Positions 58,845-64,000 of a DNA stretch of 64,000 nucleotides are shown piece after piece. The stretch's first letter is position 1, and each line of letters begins with the position of its first letter. The stretch comes from a virus, in the IMG/VR virus record IMGVR_UViG_3300034101_003783, positions 40,018-104,017 of that record; one strand, written 5' to 3'. The translations under genes and the position numbers were made by a program. The notes below the pieces were generated by a model. That model was not told where the DNA came from, searched no databases, and saw only the letters and a list, made by a program, of their open reading frames with translations.

Positions 58845-60890
58845 ATGTTAGACTTTGTAGATGATAATGAAAAAAACAAAAAGAAAGGAGAAACAGGAAC
58901 TCCAGTTTTAGATAACTTTAGTAAAGATTTAATTAAACAAGCCGAATTAGGAAAATTAGATCCTGTTATTGGCAGAGAAAAAGAAATCTTTAGAATAGCC
59001 CAAGTTTTATCAAGAAGAAAAAAAAATAATCCTATTATTATAGGGGAACCTGGTGCAGGAAAAACCGCAATTGTTGAGGGTTTGGCCATGATGATATATA
59101 GTGGCGATTGTCCTAAAAATTTAGCAGATAAAAGAATTGTTTCTTTGGATATAAATTCTATAGTGGCAGGAACAAAATATAGGGGTCAATTTGAAGAAAG
59201 GATGAAAGTAATAATTGAAGAATTACAAAACACTCCTAATATTATTTTATTCATCGATGAAATACACACAATGGTTGGTGCTGGTAATAGTTCAGGTTCT
59301 TTAGATGCCTCTAATATCTTTAAACCCGCATTATCAAGAGGTGAAATACAATGTATTGGAGCCACAACACTTGATGAATATAGAAAGCATTTTGAAAAGG
59401 ACGGAGCATTAGAAAGAAGATTTCAAAAAATAATTGTAGATCCGTCAACAAAAGAAGAAACATTCCAAATTCTACAACAAAGTAAAAGTAAATATGAGGA
59501 TCATCATAAAGTAAATTATACAGATGAATCACTTTGGTTATGTGTTGAATTGGCGGATAGGTATATTACAGATCGTGAATTTCCTGATAAGGCGTTTGAC
59601 ATCTTAGATGAGGTTGGGTCTAGAATGCAAATAGATATTAAATTGCCCGAAGAGATTGAATTATTAAAAATAGAGGCACAAGAAATTAAAAAAGAAAAAG
59701 TTAATGTAATAAAAAAACAAAACTATGAACAGGCGGCGGAACTTAGAGATAGGGAGAGAAGTGTTTTAATGAAATTAGAAGAAGAAAGAAAAAAATTTGA
59801 GGATAATCTAAAAAACAGTAAAAGGGGAATACCCGAAGATCTAATTTATGAAGTAGTCTCAAATATGACTAAAATTCCTGTTAGTAAAATAAACATAGAT
59901 GAAAAAAATTCTTTAGTTAATCTTGAGTCAGTTCTTAATAAAAATGTAATTGGTCAAGAAGACGCTGTTGGTAAGATATCAAAATCTATAAGGAGAAATA
60001 GGGTTGGAATTAAGGACCCAAATAGACCTATCGGATCATTCATATTTTTGGGATCAACCGGTGTTGGTAAGACTTTTTTAGCAAAAAAATTAGCAAAAGA
60101 AATATTTGGTAGTGAGGATAGTTTGATTCGTGTTGATATGTCCGAATATCAAGAGAAACACACAATCTCAAGACTTATTGGTTCTCCTCCAGGATATGTA
60201 GGACATGAGGAAGGTGGTCAATTAACAGAACAAGTTAAGAATAAACCATACTCTGTTATTCTATTTGATGAGATAGAGAAAGCAAATAAAGATATATTTT
60301 CAACACTATTACAAATGCTTGATGATGGTCACTTAACTGATGGATTAGGTAGAAAGATAAATTTCAAAAACTGTTTAATAATTATGACATCAAATATTGG
60401 TGTTAGAAAAATACAGGACTTTGGAAGTGGTGTTGGATTTAAAACAAATAATAATAGTGATGAGGTCCAGGAAGAATATAAAAGAGACATCCTTAAAAAA
60501 GAATTAAGTAAGTTTTTTGCTCCTGAATTTTTAAATAGGATAGATGATGTTATAATTTTTAATTCCCTAAAAAAAGATCATATCGATAAGATTGTTAAAC
60601 TTGAAATTGACAAATTAATAGGTAGGCTACTATCTATGAAATATAAAGTTTCTTATGAAAACTCTGTTATTGATTTAATTAGTAAGGTTGGTTTTGATGA
60701 ACAATATGGTGCAAGACCAATTAAACGAGCAATCCAAAATAAAATAGAGGATCTTATTTCTGAAAAAATATTAACTAATGAAGTTTTGGAGGGTGTTGAT
60801 TATAAATTAAGTGTTTCTGATGAGGAAATAAAAATTGATGTAGATGTGGTTAATAAACCAAAAAAGGGTAGAAAGAAAAAGGAGGATTAA
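58845..60890 (+). CDS. clpC: ClpC-type AAA+ unfoldase lacking the N-terminal Clp-repeat domain
   Basis: GEPGAGKT, FIDEIH, UVR middle domain (QNYEQAAELRD), GSTGVGKT, GSPPGYVG, FDEIEKA, and a ClpP-binding GVGF loop. Confidence 0.93.
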   Translation: MLDFVDDNEKNKKKGETGTPVLDNFSKDLIKQAELGKLDPVIGREKEIFRIAQVLSRRKKNNPIIIGEPGAGKTAIVEGLAMMIYSGDCPKNLADKRIVSLDINSIVAGTKYRGQFEERMKVIIEELQNTPNIILFIDEIHTMVGAGNSSGSLDASNIFKPALSRGEIQCIGATTLDEYRKHFEKDGALERRFQKIIVDPSTKEETFQILQQSKSKYEDHHKVNYTDESLWLCVELADRYITDREFPDKAFDILDEVGSRMQIDIKLPEEIELLKIEAQEIKKEKVNVIKKQNYEQAAELRDRERSVLMKLEEERKKFEDNLKNSKRGIPEDLIYEVVSNMTKIPVSKINIDEKNSLVNLESVLNKNVIGQEDAVGKISKSIRRNRVGIKDPNRPIGSFIFLGSTGVGKTFLAKKLAKEIFGSEDSLIRVDMSEYQEKHTISRLIGSPPGYVGHEEGGQLTEQVKNKPYSVILFDEIEKANKDIFSTLLQMLDDGHLTDGLGRKINFKNCLIIMTSNIGVRKIQDFGSGVGFKTNNNSDEVQEEYKRDILKKELSKFFAPEFLNRIDDVIIFNSLKKDHIDKIVKLEIDKLIGRLLSMKYKVSYENSVIDLISKVGFDEQYGARPIKRAIQNKIEDLISEKILTNEVLEGVDYKLSVSDEEIKIDVDVVNKPKKGRKKKED

Positions 60891-60905
60891 AAACCCTCCT
60901 TTTTT
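60876..60905. terminator. Bidirectional terminator between convergent genes
   Basis: AAAAAGGAGG...CCTCCTTTTTT hairpin. Confidence 0.75.
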
Positions 60906-60906
60906 A

Positions 60907-61692
60907 TTAATGTTTAGTATAACCAAGTTCCTCAATCATTAACTTACCGACTTTAATACCATTGTAAGTGTCATCTACAACAACATATTCATTTCTAGTG
61001 TGATAGTTGTAATAACCAATAGATATATTAAAACAGGATAAACCAAAATTTTGATTCAAAGGATAAATGTCGGTGTAAGGATGTTTGTGATATTTTGTAT
61101 CACCAGGAAAATGTTCTGTAATTAATTTACCACCAACATTAAAAAATTCACTATCTCTTTTAAACATTGGTCTATTCATTAAAAACTCAGATATCATATT
61201 GTTTTCCGGAGCATCAAACTGAATAGCATAACCAACATTTTTAAAAAAGTTAGGATCCGCATTAAATGACCCTTTACATCCGGTTTCCTCAGCAATAAAA
61301 AAAGCCGCCTTTAAATTAGGTAATTCTTTAAGTAGTTCCAAACAAGCATAAACACCACATTTATCGTCACCACCAATTCCTGTTGGGTTTCCTTCATCAT
61401 TATAGGCCTTTAAAGAAAGTTTAACGTTTCCTTGAGCGTCAGGTAACATTTCTTCTTTTACGTTTATAGTATCAAGACTATGTACAGTGTCTGTATGGGC
61501 AACTACACAAGGAAAATACTCTATATTTTCATCTGTTTGTTTTGTTGCGTAAATATTATATAAATCATCAACATAGTAATCTATATTGTTTTTTTCTAAC
61601 CAATCACAGATAAATTGTATTAATAAATCTTCTTGATAAGTTTTAGAAGGTACAGATAGTACCTCTTTGAGTAAATTATAGTCTCTTTCCAT
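60907..61692 (-). CDS. M20/M28-clan zinc peptidase
   Basis: AHTDTV, GGDDKCG, AEETG, QFD and YHT metal-ligand motifs. Confidence 0.85.
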   Translation of the reverse strand: MERDYNLLKEVLSVPSKTYQEDLLIQFICDWLEKNNIDYYVDDLYNIYATKQTDENIEYFPCVVAHTDTVHSLDTINVKEEMLPDAQGNVKLSLKAYNDEGNPTGIGGDDKCGVYACLELLKELPNLKAAFFIAEETGCKGSFNADPNFFKNVGYAIQFDAPENNMISEFLMNRPMFKRDSEFFNVGGKLITEHFPGDTKYHKHPYTDIYPLNQNFGLSCFNISIGYYNYHTRNEYVVVDDTYNGIKVGKLMIEELGYTKH

Positions 61693-61696
61693 TTTA

Positions 61697-61728
61697 CAAA
61701 GATATGGAAATTAATTATTAATTACAAA
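61697..61728 (-). promoter_or_regulatory. Bacteroidota sigmaA-type promoter, probably leaderless
   Basis: On the minus strand: TTTG, 20-nt spacer, TATCTTTG, TAAA, ATG. Confidence 0.7.
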
Positions 61729-62801
61729 ATAATCCCCTTGATTTTTTTAATTTCTTCAAATAATTCAGGATGGTATAAAGATAAATTTAATTCCTCCATA
61801 TCTTTAACAGATCTATCCTCAGTTGCTTTACCAGTTTCAGGACTTCTATAATAAAAAGTTAAAATTCCCTTTTTAGTGTCTAAATCTCTAAAATAAACCT
61901 CAGCCTTTTTTTCCTTTAAATTAATCCACCTATTAAATCCACCTAGTTCATCGACTTTATTATAAAGATCGTTTATTTCCTCAAGATCAACATTTTCTGA
62001 AATCTCTTCTTCAATTTTCTCTATAATTTTTTCTAACGTACTTTTAGTGTTTCTATCAAAAGTATCTCTATCAAAATCCTCACACCAAACATTATATTCT
62101 AACTCATACCAATCACCTCTATCTGTTTTATCATATCTTAAAACTAATGTCTGTAGTAATTCTTCTAAATCGGCTTCTTTAACATCTAAATTATCATACC
62201 AGTGTAATAAAACATTAACAGTTGTTTTAAATCTTCTACCGTATTCTTGAGTTATCCCAAATTTACGAAAAGGACTTTTTGTTTCAGATTCTAAAACGTT
62301 CTTTACCGCCCTTGTTTTACATTCTTCACTTAATTCAGTGTAGTCATTTATTATATACTCTATATCATCAAATCTTTTATATAAGTAATTTGACACCTTA
62401 GATTCGCTATCTTCATCATTAATATCAAAATTTAAAGTAGGGTTAGAAATTGCCAATATTTTTTTAACAAGTTCTATATTTTCAGGACTAAATTCTCTTA
62501 TTAAATAACCTTCTCTCCAGTCCTCGTTATATCTATCATATTCATAATCATAACCATAATAATAATTCCCCATAAATTTGTTCCAAATATAAATGTCATC
62601 ATCGTCATCAATATTTAAGACCTTTAAGTATTCCTCATCATTTTCAAAAACGATATAAACTATTGTAGATCCTGGATGTTGACTGTTGTATTTTATATCA
62701 TAAATTAAATTTGGATATGACCATCTATTAAATGATATGTTTGAAGTGTCTCCCTCTGAGATTGTTTTTAAAAATTCATATGTTTCGCTATAATCAGACA
62801 T
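61722..62801 (-). CDS. Acidic hypothetical protein (putative internal head protein)
   Basis: 359 aa, ends LFEEIKKIKGIIL. TATTTAT upstream. Confidence 0.65.
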   Translation of the reverse strand: MSDYSETYEFLKTISEGDTSNISFNRWSYPNLIYDIKYNSQHPGSTIVYIVFENDEEYLKVLNIDDDDDIYIWNKFMGNYYYGYDYEYDRYNEDWREGYLIREFSPENIELVKKILAISNPTLNFDINDEDSESKVSNYLYKRFDDIEYIINDYTELSEECKTRAVKNVLESETKSPFRKFGITQEYGRRFKTTVNVLLHWYDNLDVKEADLEELLQTLVLRYDKTDRGDWYELEYNVWCEDFDRDTFDRNTKSTLEKIIEKIEEEISENVDLEEINDLYNKVDELGGFNRWINLKEKKAEVYFRDLDTKKGILTFYYRSPETGKATEDRSVKDMEELNLSLYHPELFEEIKKIKGIIL

Positions 62802-62823
62802 TATAAAGATAAATATATTAAAA

Positions 62824-62890
62824 TTTGGATATAAGTTAATTTATACTTATATTTGTATTATTATATTTATTTAATATAGTTCTTTGAAAT
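62824..62890 (+). promoter_or_regulatory. tmRNA promoter region: host promoter, late motif and boxA-like element
   Basis: TTTG (62824), 20-nt spacer, TATATTTG (62848-55). TATTTAT at 62864-70. GTTCTTTGAAAT at 62879-90. Confidence 0.6.
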
Positions 62891-62893
62891 TAT

Positions 62894-63286
62894 GGGGGTG
62901 TTTTTGGATTTGACAGGTATTGGCTGAAGAATAAGGGCATGTAGGGACTGAGTTAATCTCTTTAAAAACTGACTTAGAAAACAACTGGCAATGTGCTAAA
63001 CAAAATGGAAACTCTTGGATTAGTAAGAGGTTCTGAAGTTACTGTAGCTTAAGAAGTTTACGGAAACGGGGGGTCGGCAGACATATAACCTAGCAACAGA
63101 AGTCGTAGTTTGATAGAGCACACCGGATGGCTCTCTAAATCCGATTCGGGACCATTGGTTGTTGATTTACGATGGTGAAGAACAAATCAACTATTTTGGG
63201 GTATTAAAAAATACCAACCTAAACATGTAGTTGTCTCTTAGACAAAACGAACCGGACGTGGGAGTCGGAGCCCACTAGGTCCACCA
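62894..63286 (+). ncRNA. ssrA: tmRNA (393 nt); predicted tag (A)GNVLNKMETLGLVRGSEVTVA* at 62987-63052
   Basis: 5' GGGGGTG...GGATTTGAC. GCATGTAG / CTAAACATGTAG helix 2. pk1 stem CTGAGTTA/TGACTTAG. AACT|GGC resume site. 3' GGAC-GTGGG..CCCAC..TCCACCA with a G3:U pair. Confidence 0.88.
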
Positions 63287-63289
63287 ATT

Positions 63290-63328
63290 AAAAAACCCCA
63301 CCTTTTTAGGATGGGGTTTTATTTTTTT
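63290..63328. terminator. Bidirectional terminator
   Basis: AAAACCCCA-CCT...AGG-A-TGGGGTTTT hairpin between tmRNA and the convergent CDS. Confidence 0.75.
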
Positions 63329-64000
63329 AGAGGATTACTCTCATATATCTATTAATTTCTCTTATTTCTTCTAAAACATCTTCAGCCATTGGTACTGGTT
63401 GTTTTTTTGGTTGCACTTGTTTAGTTGCTATAGCACCACCTGTTTGAATTCCTTGTCCCGTTTGTTGTTGGTTTTTATAGTCACCTCTTTGTACGTCACC
63501 AACAACTTGTTCTGCACCCTCAATACTTTTATTAGTAGTTTTAAGAGTTTCTTTTGTTCCTTTTGTTATTTTTTCTACACCTTCTGCACCAGTTTTAACT
63601 TTACCCACTAAATTTTCAGCATCTTTTATTTTATCAAGTTTTTCACCACCAGTTTTAATTGATTCTATGGCCTTTTTACCTTCTTTTGCAACTAAAACAG
63701 TGTTTGCCATAATATCAAATGTTGTACAATACGCTGCACCCCATTTACAAACTATAGGTCTTGCCTGATCAACAGTAAGTTTTTCCCCATTTTCCCACAA
63801 ATAATCTTCAATTTTTGTAACAGCCTTTTTATCTAAAGTCTCAACAATTTTTTGTCCTAGTTTTGTTTCTAATTTTTGAAGTATACCTTTACCAAAACTT
63901 TTTGCTAAACTCTTACCCCAAGTTGCCATATAATTTACTGCTTTATATTTTGCTAAACTCTCAATACCTTTCTCAACCAGTTTTCCTGTTGACTTACCAA
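63327..64000 (-). CDS. Hypothetical protein, 5'-partial
   Basis: The frame stays open beyond the listed Met at 63929 to the window edge (GKSTGKLVEKGIESLAKYKAVNYMATW...). Ends VLEEIREINRYMRVIL. Confidence 0.65.
   Translation of the reverse strand, partial: GKSTGKLVEKGIESLAKYKAVNYMATWGKSLAKSFGKGILQKLETKLGQKIVETLDKKAVTKIEDYLWENGEKLTVDQARPIVCKWGAAYCTTFDIMANTVLVAKEGKKAIESIKTGGEKLDKIKDAENLVGKVKTGAEGVEKITKGTKETLKTTNKSIEGAEQVVGDVQRGDYKNQQQTGQGIQTGGAIATKQVQPKKQPVPMAEDVLEEIREINRYMRVIL

Noticed and set aside
63254-63286. Separate tRNA gene
   Set aside because: The T-arm and CCA belong to the tmRNA. No complete cloverleaf was seen anywhere in the window.
1-64000. Stop-codon reassignment
   Set aside because: Core genes are full length in the standard code, and both TAG (e.g. 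4168, 14272, 22813) and TGA (e.g. 13532, 20794) end genes at tight junctions.

Overview
AT-rich, gene-dense segment of a large T4-like tailed phage (jumbo/huge-phage type) in the standard genetic code. The host is most likely Bacteroidota. Evidence: three exact TTTG-N20-TAnnTTTG promoters, A-rich leaders without Shine-Dalgarno sites, a Bacteroidota-type bS21, a T9SS-type cargo protein and a tmRNA with an AACT|GGC resume context. Layout: (1) 1-12.5 kb, minus strand: fibre/baseplate genes, including a >1200-aa beta-helix fibre missing from the ORF track and mucin-like Pro/Thr- and Cys-rich proteins, with three glycosyltransferases (GT60-like polypeptide GlcNAc transferase, GT25, HtrL-like) inserted among them. 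(2) 12.5-15.3 kb: putative internal head proteins, including LETM1-like and stand-alone WYL proteins. (3) 15.4-32 kb: a large glycan synthesis/decoration island plus exonuclease, dUTPase, PhoH and a gp55-like late sigma factor. (4) 32-42.7 kb: baseplate/structural genes, a paralog pair sharing an identical 174-bp 3' end, and a T9SS-type protein. (5) 42.8-57 kb: head module (major capsid, scaffold, protease, bS21, portal, terminase, internal proteins). (6) 57-64 kb: nucleotidyltransferase, KTSC protein, UVR-repeat protein, N-domain-less ClpC, peptidase and a non-canonical tmRNA. The best candidates for an undescribed system are a phage-encoded mucin-type O-glycosylation pathway acting on TP-repeat and poly-Thr-tagged virion proteins, and a phage tag-and-degrade module (atypical tmRNA, ClpC, UVR adaptor). 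All family assignments come from motif recognition by eye; no database searches were run.
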